From NCBI GenBank assembly GCA_043228905.1, contig JBHGNT010000001.1, positions 20,398,001-20,462,000 of the forward strand: a stretch of 64,000 nt of DNA, given 5' to 3'. A program made the translations under genes and the position numbers. The notes below the pieces were generated by a model that made no database searches, was not told where the DNA came from, and saw nothing but the letters and a program-made list of their open reading frames with translations. Source of the DNA: Azolla caroliniana (lineage: Eukaryota > Plantae > Polypodiophyta). Positions 48,445-61,288 of the stretch are shown in pieces (the stretch's first letter is position 1; every line of letters starts with the position of its first letter).

Positions 48445-51400
48445 TCATGACACTATCCCCCTTTTTCGATGACACGTCTCACGGGTTGTAGGGTTTGTAT
48501 TAGGACCTGGTTTACAAGGATATTGGCGATGAAATGCATTGACGAGTTCTGCAACATTGGAAAGATTTGCGGCAGGTTCCCAAGTTCGATCATTGGGGGT
48601 ATAGCCTAGCCAATCGACTAAGTAATACAGCTTGTTGCGCACAATTTTAGAATCGAGAACGGCAACAACTTCAAATTTAGGCCTGTCCAAGAACTTGATA
48701 GGTGGGGGGGTTGTCGTAAGACGGCCCAGAATTGAACTTGTAGTATAAGGTTCCAAAAGGGATACATGAAACACCAGATGAAGATGCATGTGCGGAGGGA
48801 GGTCAAGACGAAATGCAACATCACTTATCTTACCAGTGATCATGTAAGGGCCAAAACGTTGGTAGTTCAATTTACTGCAAGGTCGAGTGGTCTTGATGTT
48901 GTGTTGGAGAAGCCATACATGATCCCCAATGCGGAACTTTTTTGAGGAGTCTAGACGATGACGATCGGCAAGCCGCTTAAATTGAGCATCATGCAAATTG
49001 TGGAGAATGTTAGCATGAATTTCTTGGAGGCGACTAAGACGATCCTTGGCAGCAGGGTTGGTAGGAACGTTTGGATGTGCATTCATCGTCCACCGAGGAT
49101 GACAACCCGTATTTGCAAAAAATGGGGAATATCTTGTAGAAGAATGGGTTGAGTTGTTGTAAGCGAATTCCGCCAAGTGCAAAAAATCAACCCAATCATC
49201 TTGTTGATAGTTGATGAAACAACAAAGATATTGTTCCAATGTCTGGTTGGTACGCTCAGTTTGGCCATTTGTTTCGGGATGATAGCCCGAAGAAAGCTTA
49301 ACTGAAATGTGGAGAAGCTTGAACATGTGCTTCCAAAACTTTGAGATCAATTGTGGACCACGATCACTAATAATATTATCCGGCAAACCATGATGTTTAA
49401 ATACCTCCCACATAACGAGATCAACCACCTCTTGACTAGTAATCAACTTTGTACATGGCAAGAAATGTGCCATTTTGGTAAATCGATAAACCACTGTGAG
49501 AAGTGCATCAAAACCTTTTGAAACTGGGAGATCAGTAATGAAGTCCAAGGATATAGACTTCCAAGGAGTTTCCGGAATGGGAAGTGGTTGTAGTAAGCCA
49601 TAGGGTCAGTGACGAGGATTCTTTGATCGACAACATATATCACAACTCCGAACATACTCCTCAAAAAAATGACGAAGATGAGGCCACCAATAGCGTCGAG
49701 AAATTAATTCTAGAGTCTAGCGAACTCCAAAATGACCAGCCATTTGTGAGTCATGGCAATGTTGCAAAACTTGTAGCCGTGGGGGACCATCAGGAACATA
49801 CAATAAATTTTGTCGAAATAGAAAACCACCATGCCAATAGAACTGACAATAGTCATTACGAGGATTTTTCGACCGTGAGCAAGAAGCACGATCCGGGACG
49901 ATATGATCCAAAACATCCTTGGTGAAATCATCAGTGGCCATATGATCTCGAATGGAATCAAGAAGAGTGGATTTTTCAAGAGTTGGTATGGCGTTAACTA
50001 CCATTAATCGTAATCGATTAGGACCCAAAAGGATTTGTTTTTGATGCTCAAATGCAGGTTCCCCTGGACGAAGTTCCATATAAGAGCATCTGCTTTGCCT
50101 TGCTACATCCTAGGGTGATATATGATGATAAAGTCGAAGTGAGTCGAAGTGAGCATTTTGGAAATAAGTCAAGTTCTTATGATCATTGTAGACAATGATC
50201 TACTGAGAAGAACCTTCTAGGAAATGTCACCATTGTTGAAACAAACCCACGATTGCAAGCAGCTCTTTGTCATGGATCTCGTAGTTGATCTCTGCAACTT
50301 CAAACTTTCGTGAATGAAAGGCGACAGGGTGTAGTTGTCCATCATCTCTAGTCTACGAGAGGACACTCCCTAGTGCAAAATCGGATGCATCGGCTTCGAG
50401 GATGAAGCGTTTTGTTGGGTCGACATGTGCTAAGATAGGTGCCGTTGTAAATGCTTGTTTTAAGCTTTCGAATGCATCGGCTGCATTTGAACTCCATATA
50501 AATGGTTGATCTTTATGTGTGAGCTGAGTAATTGGAAGCACAACCTTGGAATAATCTTTAATAAATTTTCGATAAAAATTTGCAAACCCGAGAAAACATT
50601 GCACATCACGCATTGAAAGGGGTGTTTGCCACTCTAAAATTGCTTGTACCTTCATGGGGTCCATAGCAATAGCATTTGACGATACAGCATACCCCAAAAA
50701 TTCCACTTGATTCTAGCCGAAACTACACTTTTCTAATTTTGCGTAGAGACCATATTCTCGGAGTCGATGCAGTACCTGATGAACATGTTCGTCATGCTCC
50801 TCTTGGGTCTTCGAGTAGATTAAAATATCATCTAGGTAAACTATAGTGACGATATCAAGAAAATCTCAAAAAATATCGTTCGCCATATGTTGGAAAACAG
50901 CAGGTGCATTTGTGAGACCGAATGGCATCACTGTATACTCAAAATGTCCATAGCGAGTGTGGAAAGTTGTCTTTCATTCATTCCCCGGGCAAATCCGAAC
51001 TAGATTATATGCTCCGCGAAGGTCCAACTTCGTGAAATATTTTGCACCACTGAGACATTCCAAAAGATTTGGGATTAATGGTAGAGCATATCTATTCCGG
51101 ATAGTCACTTTGTTTGGCCCTCGATAATCCACGACCAACCTAAGAGTCCCATTCTTCTTCTTAACGAAGAAGGTAGGTGCACCAGTAGGGGATCTAGAAT
51201 GCCGAATGAATCCGTTTGCCAGATTCTCATCAATATATACCAGCAAAGTCTCTAGCTCTACAGGGGAGAGATTATAAATTGGGCCCCATGGAGGTTCTTT
51301 CCCTGGTTGTAAGTCAATAGGGCAGTCGTATGGCCTATGCTTCGACAATGTATTCGCATTCACCTTATCAAAGACATCTGAAAACTCCTTGTATTTCTCT

Positions 51401-52877
51401 GGTAGTTTAATGTCCGCTTCCCGTGAAGTGGATGATGGAGTTGCTATTATTGTGAATACGAACATGGCCTCGTTCCCCCCTTCCTCCCGCAACTATCGTA
51501 AAGAGATGGGCGATAACTCCGGGGATCTATTATCACCATGGTTGTTTACGTACCTGTATTTCACGTTTAAATACGTATAGTACCTCATCATTTGTATAGT
51601 ATGTACTATACCTCAATGTTGTTCAGTCAAATATCATGTACATTTGTCCAATACAGTATTTAACGTATTTATAAAAAAACAGGTATAATACGTATTTATA
51701 AGGAAAATGTAAGTAAAGCCCTAACAATAAACAAAAGAAAAAAAAAATTAGTGAAAAAGAAGCCAAAGGAAGGAAGAAAGAAGAATAGAAGAGACGACGA
51801 TGAAGAAGATGAAGAAGAAGAAGAGAGAAAAGAAGACATAAACCTGTCTTGAGTGTGATAATCGCAGAAGATAGAAGAAGAAGAAGAAGAAAACGAAGAA
51901 AAGAGAAACCTATCATGAGTGTGATAATCGTAGACGATTCCTCAATCTATGAAGGCATAATTGTAAATAATTACAATTTGAAGTAGAACATCGTGATACA
52001 CACTTACACTGATTTATAGAATAAGGGAATGTTGACATCCATATTACTATAGGTATTTTAAAATGTGAAATGTTCAAATGTCTTATATGCATTTTAGGAT
52101 GTAGAACTATATTGTACAGCACAAAATTGTGTAAACATAGATGTTTTTTACAATATTATAGATATTTTTTAGAAAGGTAAATAATTTTCAAGTTCTAGAA
52201 GTATTTAACGTACTATACGTAAAATACGTATTTTATGTACTTTACGTATTTTATAAGTATTTAACATATTAAGAAAACGTATTTAATGTATTTTTAAATT
52301 GGGAGGTACTATACGGGTATTAATATGTTAAATACGTATGGTATCCGTACCGTACCTAACAACCTTGATTATCACATGTAGGAGAGAGGGATGCGAGGTT
52401 TGTGCTTTTTTCCCGGGTCTCCTCAATTGTTCTTTTCATCCAATCAATCTTCGGGTTATGGAGTTCAAACCAAGGGAGACCTAGAACTATTGGGTGTTCC
52501 GGACTACGAATAATGTCGAAAGAGATTGTGCTTGCCAAATCGCCAAGAACTATCCTAATTGGCTCGGACTCGACTATATCTCCTGATGCTATGGGATGTC
52601 CATCAATGACTCCTACGGCTACTGGGCTGGGAAGCTTATTCAAGAGGATGTTTTGTGACAAGGCAAATTCACGATCCATGAAACAAGACTTGGCTCCAGA
52701 ATCTAGGACGGTAGAGGCTAGGACTCGATGACATGTAGATGTGGTAAGCTCGACTTGTGCTGAAAAAACTCGACTCACTTGATTTGATGAAATGGAACCA
52801 CGACTAGGAACTAACTCTACATAGCATGGATAGTGCAACCAAATGGCTCCTATTTTGGCTGGACTTACTCGTTTCAC
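48445..52877 (-). pseudogene. N pol: protease, RT, RNase H, integrase and chromodomain
   Basis: VLDSGAKSCF, KLDLRGAYNLVRI, EADASDFALG, SDRGPQ. Chromodomain FEVVAVLDSKIVRNKLYYLVDWLGYTPNDRTWEP. Confidence 0.92.
51537..52367. mobile_element. Non-autonomous hAT-type DNA transposon (MITE), 831 bp
   Basis: 8-bp TSD ATTATCAC (51529-51536 and 52368-52375). Imperfect TIR CATGGTTGTT/AACAACCTTG, subterminal TACGTA repeats, AT-rich, non-coding. Confidence 0.88.
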
Positions 52878-53469
52878 ACATCCTCTAATTGACTCAAGAC
52901 ATCGAATCTATTCTCATGGCATGGACTATGTGACAGGAACTACACGCTCCTATGAACATCGCTCGGCCACAACCGAGCCTAAAATCAAACACAGAAAACG
53001 GATAATGAACGCACGACACAAAGGAGAGAAGAGTACACAGGATGTTTAACGTGGAAAACCCTGAGAGGGAAAAACCACGGGAGTGCTCACGATCTTCGCC
53101 ACAGGCGGCGGTTACAACAGAGGCAACGACCTCTTCCTCTCTCTCTCTCTCTGTACACTGTTACGCGCTCATTGATCTAGCGCCAACAAGAATGACAACA
53201 AAACTCTAAGTTTGCCCTAAGTCATATTTATACTAATATGACTTTTCGGCTATTTACAAATATAGCCCCGATGGACTCTTCAGAAAACATATTTATGAAT
53301 ATGTCCCTCCATCCAGTGAGCACTCCTCACCAGGCCTGCATCATCCGGCGCTTGCCGGGTACTCGTCATCCGGTTCTCACCGGGTCTTCCGTAGCCGAGT
53401 ACTCGTCATCCGGTTCTCACCGGGTCATCCCATCCGGAGGGACCTGTTTCCTAACAAACTCCCCCTTCA

Positions 53470-55629
53470 CTCCGGCATGAGATGTCTTACTAGTCCGATC
53501 CGCTTCCGGCATGCTTCCAGCTTGTCGGGTATCAGTACTTTGGTCAGCATATCTGACTCGTTCTCGGCCGTGTGGATCTTCGTCAACGCGAACTCCTGGT
53601 CATCCACTCTTTCCCGGATCCACTGATACCTTCACTGGATATGCTTCGTCCGGGAATGGTAGGCCGCATTCTTAGCAAGGTGGATGGCACTTTGACTGTC
53701 GCAATAGAACCGGTATTCATCTTGCCAGATACCGAGCTCTTCGATGAAGTCCTTCATCCATAATATTTCCTTGCCGGCTTCTATAGCCGCCATGTACTCT
53801 GCCTCCGTGGTTGACAACGCAACCGTCTTCTACAGCCTCGACTGCCATGAAATAGCTCCCCTTGCATATATCATAACATACCCGGATGTAGACCGGCTGG
53901 TGTCCACATCAGCCGACATGTCCGAATCGGTAAAACCGTCAAGTTGAGGTTTTCCGGAGCCGAATCGGATACACATATTTGAAGTGCCCTTCAAGTACCG
54001 GAGTATCCATTTGACCGTCTTCCAGTGCTCCTTGCCGGGATTGCTCATGAACCGGCTCACCACTCCGACTACGTATCCAATATCTGGTCGAGTACACACC
54101 ATTGCGTACATTAAGCTCCTGACAGCACAAGCATATGGAACCTTCATCATATCTGCCTTCTCTGCTTTCGTTTTCGGGCTTTGCTTACCGGATAACCTGC
54201 AGTTTGCCGGAAGTGTCGATCCAACTGGTTTTGCATCTGACATGTTGAACCGCTGAAGCACCTTTGTCACGTACTTCTCCTGTGACAGCCACATTTGCTT
54301 CATTGACCGGTCCCGGATAATATGCATCCCCAGCATTTGTCTTTCCGGACCCAAGTCTTTCATTGAGAAGGTCCGGTTGAGAGCCTTCTTCAGGATCCGT
54401 ATTTTGGCTTGGTTCCGTCCGATGATCAACATGTCGTCCACGTACAGAAGGAGTATCAGGAAGTCGCCTCCTTCGAACTTCTTCACAAACACGTGGTGAT
54501 CGGCCTGCGTCTTGTGGTACCCTTGATCGGTCATGAAGGAGTCGAACTTCCGGTACCATTGCCAGGGGGCCTGCTTCAACCCGTAGAGGCTCTTCTTCAA
54601 CCGGCAAACCAGTTGCTCCTTCCCTTTCTCCACGAATCCTTCCGGTTGTTGCATGTAGATCTCCTCTTCGAGGTCACCGTGAAGGAATGTCGTCTTCATG
54701 TCCAACTGCTCTACCTCGAGGTCCATGCTTGCTGCTATACTCATCACCGTCCAGATGGAGGTCATCTTTACTACCGGGGCAAATATCTCGTCGAAGTCCA
54801 CGCCCTTCTTCTGTTGGAACCCCTTCACCACGATCCTTGCTTTGTATCTCGAGGGTTTGCCGGCATCTCCCGGTTTCAACTTGTAAACCCACTTGTTTCA
54901 GAGTGCCCTCTTTCCTTTCGGCAACTCCACCAATTCGTACGTATGGTTCTCATGTAGGGAATCCATCTCATCCTGCATGGCACCTAACCATTTTCGGCTG
55001 TGGGTGTCATCCTTCGCTTCTTCGAAGCTTTCTGGCTCTCCCTCATCGGTCAGTAGCACATGCTCTGAATCCGGAAATCTTCGGGGGGGCCTTCTCTCTC
55101 TGAGAGGATATCTCCGTCTCTGGGCTTCGGGAACCGGCTCCTCCATTTGCTCTTCATCCGAATCCGATTCGGGGTCTTGGCCGATTCCGGTTTTAGCTTC
55201 CTCTACTCTCTACTTCTGCCGGTTTGATAACCTCACCGTAACCGACTGGTTCCTCGAGTGCTAACCAATCTCTTGCCGGTTGGGTTTGCTCATCGTGGAA
55301 TCGATCATTACCGGTCGACTCGGAGTTCATTATCTTCTTCTCCGACTCCCAGTCGGCGAGCGTCTTGTCCTCCAGGAAGATAATATCTCGACTCCGGAAT
55401 ACCTTCTTGTCGACTAGGTCCCACACTCGGTAGCCGAACTCATCGTCGCCGTAACCAAGGAATATGCATGGCCGGGTCTTCGGATCTAGTTTTCCTCTCC
55501 GGTCCTTAGCTACATGCACATACGCAAGACACCCGAACACCTTCAGATCCCGGTAAGACACTTCCTTACCGGTCCAGACTCTCTGTGGCGTGTCTCCGTC
55601 CAAGGGTACTGAGGGTGATCTGTTTATCA
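53470..55629 (-). pseudogene. L integrase C-terminus, RT and RNase H
   Basis: ORFs 55193..55630, 53830..54879 (LLLYVDDMLI) and 53632..53817. Confidence 0.92.
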
Positions 55630-58600
55630 TGTTACCGGCCGGAAAAGGAGTCCAGAGTGTGAAATGAAGGAGTTATTTAATTATTAAGGAATGGTTGTAA
55701 GTAAGCTATTAGTGTGGACGGACGGACCGGAATCGGTATGCTGTTCCGGATCCGGACCGATCCCGAACAGGTGCGGATGGCACCGTTTTCTACTACAAAC
55801 CGGAAACCTATTTAAAGGCCCGGATACAATGTAATGAGCAGCGGATAATTAATGAAGCTTAGTGTTTTATCTCTCTGTGTTAATTGCCGTTTTGCATTTA
55901 GTGTTATATCTTACGCATGTGATTATTAAGGACGATCTTGCTAAGTAACCTAATTAAGTCGAATTAATCGTTGAGCCTAATCCTCTTGCCGTAACACCCC
56001 TTTGGTGAAGTGTCTTCCGTAGACACCCTGTGTTAGGCCATTGTCCGGCCCTAAGAGTGAACACAATTTTTGGCGACCATGATTCCTGTTTTTGCAGCGA
56101 ACGATGGCATGAATGGATGACTAGATCAACGCACAACGTGATTATAGATCGAACTCGACGCCTTGCTGAAAGGCAAAGGAGACGTGAGGCTTTCCAGCAA
56201 GCGGCGCAAGAAATTACAGCGGATCGCTCGTTTTCCAACGTAATCCGGAGAGTAGCGGAGGAGTCCCTCCGGTTACAGCAAACATCGCACCCGGACGAAG
56301 ACAGTAGCCTAATAAGCCTCCGGGAAACCGAATCCCTTCTCCAAGCGTTGGCAAACGGAGAAGGCGAAGCAGAAGCCTTTTCAGCGTATGAATCGGATTC
56401 CAAAGGGGGATACAGCGTGCACACGAACTACCGTAGCAGCAACGACACCCCGAGCGGACCGGAGGACGAAGGATCGGACACCTTATCGACACCGGAACCG
56501 GAAGTGCTAAGGCTGGAACCTCCAGAACCAGAAGCAGAGGATGAGCGACCTCCAACACCAGAAGTTGAGGAGGAGAGGCCTCCGTCACCAAAAGAAGAGG
56601 AACGACCACCGACGCCAGAGACAAATCAGGAATGACCACCAACACCACCAGCCCGCGCACCGATACCGGACAACGACATGCCATTCCAGTACTCCAAGTA
56701 TAGAGATGATCCGGATGCGGAAGCTCATGTTCACGCCTTTGAACAGACATGGGAAGCAAACCATGTTTCCCAGCGATTGACCCCGGAGGAAGAGGAACGC
56801 TCTAAGATAGCGGAATTTGGCATCACATTGGAGGGACCGGCAGCAGGACCCGTCTACCATCACCACCTTCGCAGATTTAAAAGCTAAATTCTTGCATTTT
56901 TTCCAAAAGGTGGACCAGACAATAATGGTGGGCTTGTTTTATACCATCCGATAGGAGGCAGGGGAGAGCATTCCCCAGTTTGTCATCCGGTTTCAACGGA
57001 TGCATAGTCAGCTTGCCCGCGCACCCCCGAAGGAGGAATTACGGACTATATTCCTAAATGCGCTCCGGGAACCCCTACGCACGGTTTGCACGGTAATTGA
57101 CTTCCGCACAAGTACCATCGACCAGGTCATTGACCGGGTGAGAGAGATGGAAAAGACAAGCTCCTGGCTCACACTGGGAGCACTCCAACGAGTGTTACCG
57201 TCCGATGAAGACCTCCGGTTTCAGCGAGCAATACAGTGCACAACCTGCTTGAATTCCGGACCGGTATGATAGATATGATCGGTACCAGGATTACAATAGA
57301 CGATACGAACATTACGACCGGGAGCACTCCCCCGGGTATCGTCAGCAACGGGAGGAATATGGCAGATATAACGACCAACCTCGTCAAGAGTACCGTAATA
57401 AGAAGAACTATAATAAAAACGGCATTTCAAAAAAGGTGGCCACCCACGGGATCCGGAACAAGGAGCTTCAAGTAGCCAACCGGCCCAAAACCCCGCGTTT
57501 ACCACAGGACCTGCCCCGGGTACAACAAACAATGCCGAATCCAGCAATACCCGGAAAGCCTACTGCTACTGCCGATAGGAAGGCCATTATAGTAATCAAT
57601 GCCCGGCGAAGAGCTATGACAAACGACCAGCAGTAAATATGGTAGTCCTTGAAGTGGCAGATCTACAGCAGGTGACCACAAGGTCGAAGGGCATGGCCAA
57701 GGAATGGGAGACGCAGGAGACCATCCGGAAGCAAGCGACGGAATGGGTGAAGAAAGCAAACAAGCAAAACGTAACAGACTTAGAGCAGCAAAAGGAGAAC
57801 ACCGTAGGGCTTGCCGGCGGCAGTCACTCTGAGAACGAGACATGGCTGGCGTTGCAAGAATGCCAGATTACGCTGCCACTAGGAAGACTCCTACAGCTCG
57901 TGCCGAGATTCACGGAAGGACTGAAGACAGCCATGACGGAAGGAGAATCATCACCCGCACCGGTACTCCCCGGCACCAACACCAATAGTCCGGTAATTAC
58001 TGCCATTGTAAAAGGGAAAGAACTCCCCGACACAGTAATAGACGGAGGCTCCGGTGTTAATGTAATAAGCCTCCGAACGTGTGATGCCCTAGGAATCCAC
58101 GAGTGGGAGCCGTGTCCGTTCTGGTTACGGATGGCCGATACAAGCTCAATGCGGCCGACAGGATTAATACGAAAATTAGAAGTCACCGTTGGCGGTCATA
58201 CATTTCACATCTCCGTAGTAGTGCTACAATTACAGGCACAAGGCGCGTACCCGTTATTGTTGGGGCGGCCGTGGTTGAAAATGATACATATCAAACAGAA
58301 TTGGAGGAAAAATATAATTACCTTCCGGCGAGGAAAATCCAAGGTACGTGTACCAACACAGCCAAGGATGAGCACTGGCAAGGAATGTACACCGTTATAA
58401 GCAGAGTGCGTCAACATGCTAGAAGGGTTAGCTGACGAAGAAGAAGCTCAATACTTGCAGGAAAACCTGAAGATCGTACCCCTCTTCGAAATTGACATTG
58501 CCGAAGCAATAGCACCATACTTACCGCAGCCGGAAGAGACTGAAGCATAACCCGATAAGGACGCAATCCGAGAATTACGCCAAGCGCAGGAAGCGTTGGA

Positions 58601-61283
58601 ACGGGAAATGGCCGTTTCACAGCGCGTAAAAGCGTCACAACTTGAAGAGGTGAACCTAGGGACCATGCACGAAGCAAAACCGGTGCACATCACCAAGGAG
58701 ATGAAGTCCGAAGACAAAATGGCGATGATCACACTTCTCACGGAATTTCGCGACGTGTTTGCCTGGTCATACGAAGACATGCGAGGGCTCGACCCTCAGT
58801 TATACCAGCATCAGATTCACTTGAGCAAGGATGCAAAACCAGTGGCACAAAGACGGTACCGGATGAATCCCAATTATGCCGCCAAAGTCAAGGAGGAAAT
58901 TGACAAACTGCTAAGAGTTGGCTTTATCCGTCCGGTAAAGAAAGCGACATGGCTGAGCCCGATCGTAGTCGTAGCGAAGAAAAACGGAAAAATTCGAGTT
59001 TGTGTGGACTACCGGAAACTCAATGCGGCTATGGTAACGGATGCGTTTCCACTTCCATTCACAGATGGAGTGTTGGATGCCATCGCCGGCCATGAGGTCT
59101 ATAACTTTCTAGATGGATTCAACGGGTATAATCAGATTTGGTTGCACCCCGACGACCAAGAGAAAACGACTTTCGTCACCGAATGGGGGGTGTTTGTGGC
59201 CGTGGTGATGATGTTCAAACTCAAAACGGCACCGACGACATTCCAACGAATCATCATGAAAATCTTTGGTGAATATATCCCGGCTTTTATGCAGGTTTTC
59301 CTTGATGATTTCGCCGTCTATAGCCGGGAAGAGGATCATTTGCAGCACCTCCATCTTTTTCTAGAAAAGTGTAGAGCGTACCGGCTAAGCTTGAATGCGG
59401 CGAAGTGTGTATTTGGCGTGTCCAGTGGAACCCTACTAGGACATATTGTGAGCCAGGAAGGCATTGCAATCAACCCGGAAAAAGTGAAAGCCATATTAGA
59501 ACCACCGGCGCCGGTAACGGCAAAGGCATTGAGCCGGTTCTTAGGCCAGATCCGGTGGCACAGCCGGATGCTCCGATACTTGGCCGACCTGGCTACACCG
59601 TTGCATGTTGCGGTACATCGAACACCATTCCAGTGGACGGACACTGAGGATAGGGCTTATACGGCCCTCAAGGTACTATTGTCGCAAGCACCGGTAGTGT
59701 AGCCTCTGGATTGGAGTAAAGAATTTCATGTGTTCGTGGACGCCTCCGACATCGCAATCGGAAGCGCACTGATGCAGCTTACGGAGCCAAAGTGGTACTG
59801 GCTAGTGTACTATGCCAGCCGAAAGCTATCCCAAGCGGAACGAAACTACTCTACCACGGAACGGGAAGCTCTAGGGATGATCTACAATGTGACAAAGTTT
59901 CGGCATTATTTATTGGGAAGGAAGTTTTCCTTCCATGTAGATCATTCGACACTCCTCTACCTGGTGTCCAAGGCGTCACTCACCGGCAAGTTGGCCCGGT
60001 CGACCTTTCTGTTACAGGAATTCGAGTTCGAAATATTCCACCGACCTGGTATACAGCATGTCGTAGCGGATTATTTAAGCCGACTAGAGTCCGGAGAGAT
60101 GGGCGACGGAGTAGCGGACGAGTTTCCGGATGCGGAGCTATTTTGAGTCACTACGGAAATGGCAGCAGATGAGACGGTGGCACAGGAAGACAAGTGGCTC
60201 ACAAATATGCACCAGTTTCTGAGCACATGACTGCCTCCGGAGGAGATGAACCGGGATAAAAGGAAACGCCTGGCGGTGCAAAGCCGACATTTCTGCTTAT
60301 TGTGAGACACACTTTACCACAAGGGCGCGGACGGCATTTGGAGACGGGTTGTGCGCAGCGATGAAAAGGACCTCATACTGAGGGAAGCCCATTGCGGAGT
60401 TGCCGGAGGTCACTATGCCGGAGATGCGACGGCCAAGAAAACATGGCAAAGTGGCCTATGGTGGCCAACTACATTAAGAGATGTTGTACGGTACGCAAAA
60501 GAATGTGAAGCGGCAACGGTTAACCTTAGTGATGACGAACCGTCGCCGGCCGAGGGCCAAGCCGGAACCAATCAACCGGAGACCACTACGACAGAGGGAG
60601 CAACGATGGAAACGCCGGTGTCAGAGCAACAAACGGAGGAGTAGCCGCAGCAGCCACCAACGGACCAGTCGCAGTAGCCATCAACGGAGCAACAACAGCA
60701 GCAGCAACAACCACAACAACAACAACAACCAATTCCAGATGAACTATTGGAGACTCTCGAACAAAGCATTCTGGATATTTTGGATGAAGAATAGCAAGGG
60801 TCGGATGGTGGATTCGACGTACAAGGGACTGTCCCACGGGCGTGCCATGTGTTACCGGCCGGCAAAGGAGTCTAGAGTGTGAAACGAAGGAGTTATTTAA
60901 TTATTAAGGAATGGTTGTAAGTAAGCTATTAGTATGGACGGACGGACCGGAATCGGTATGTCGTTCCGGATCCGGACCGATCCCGAATAGGTGCGGATGG
61001 CACTGTTTTGTACTACAAACTGGAAACCTATTTAAAGGCCCGGATACAGTGTAATGCGCAGCGGATAATTAATGAAGCTTAGTGTTTTATCTCGCTGTGT
61101 TAATTGACGTTCTGCATTCAGTGTTATATCTTACGCGTGTGATTATTAAGGAAGATCTTGTTAAGTAACCTAATTAAGTCGAATTAATCGTTGAGCCTAA
61201 TCCTCTTGCCGTAACACCCCTTTGGTGAAGTGTCTTCCGTAGACACTGTGTGTTAGGCCATTGTCTGGCCCTAAGAGTTAACA
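55630..61283 (+). mobile_element. Element B: internally deleted copy of the A family
   Basis: LTRs 55630-56063 and 60850-61283, 5-bp TSD TATCA. Putative PBS TGGCGACCA at 56071 (tRNA-Arg-like). Confidence 0.93.
56108..60509 (+). pseudogene. B gag, protease, RT, RNase H and start of integrase
   Basis: YSKYRDDPDAEAHV gag, VIDGGSGVNV protease, FLDGFNGYNQI/FLDDF RT and VDASDIAIG RNase H. Confidence 0.9.
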
Positions 61284-61288
61284 TATCA

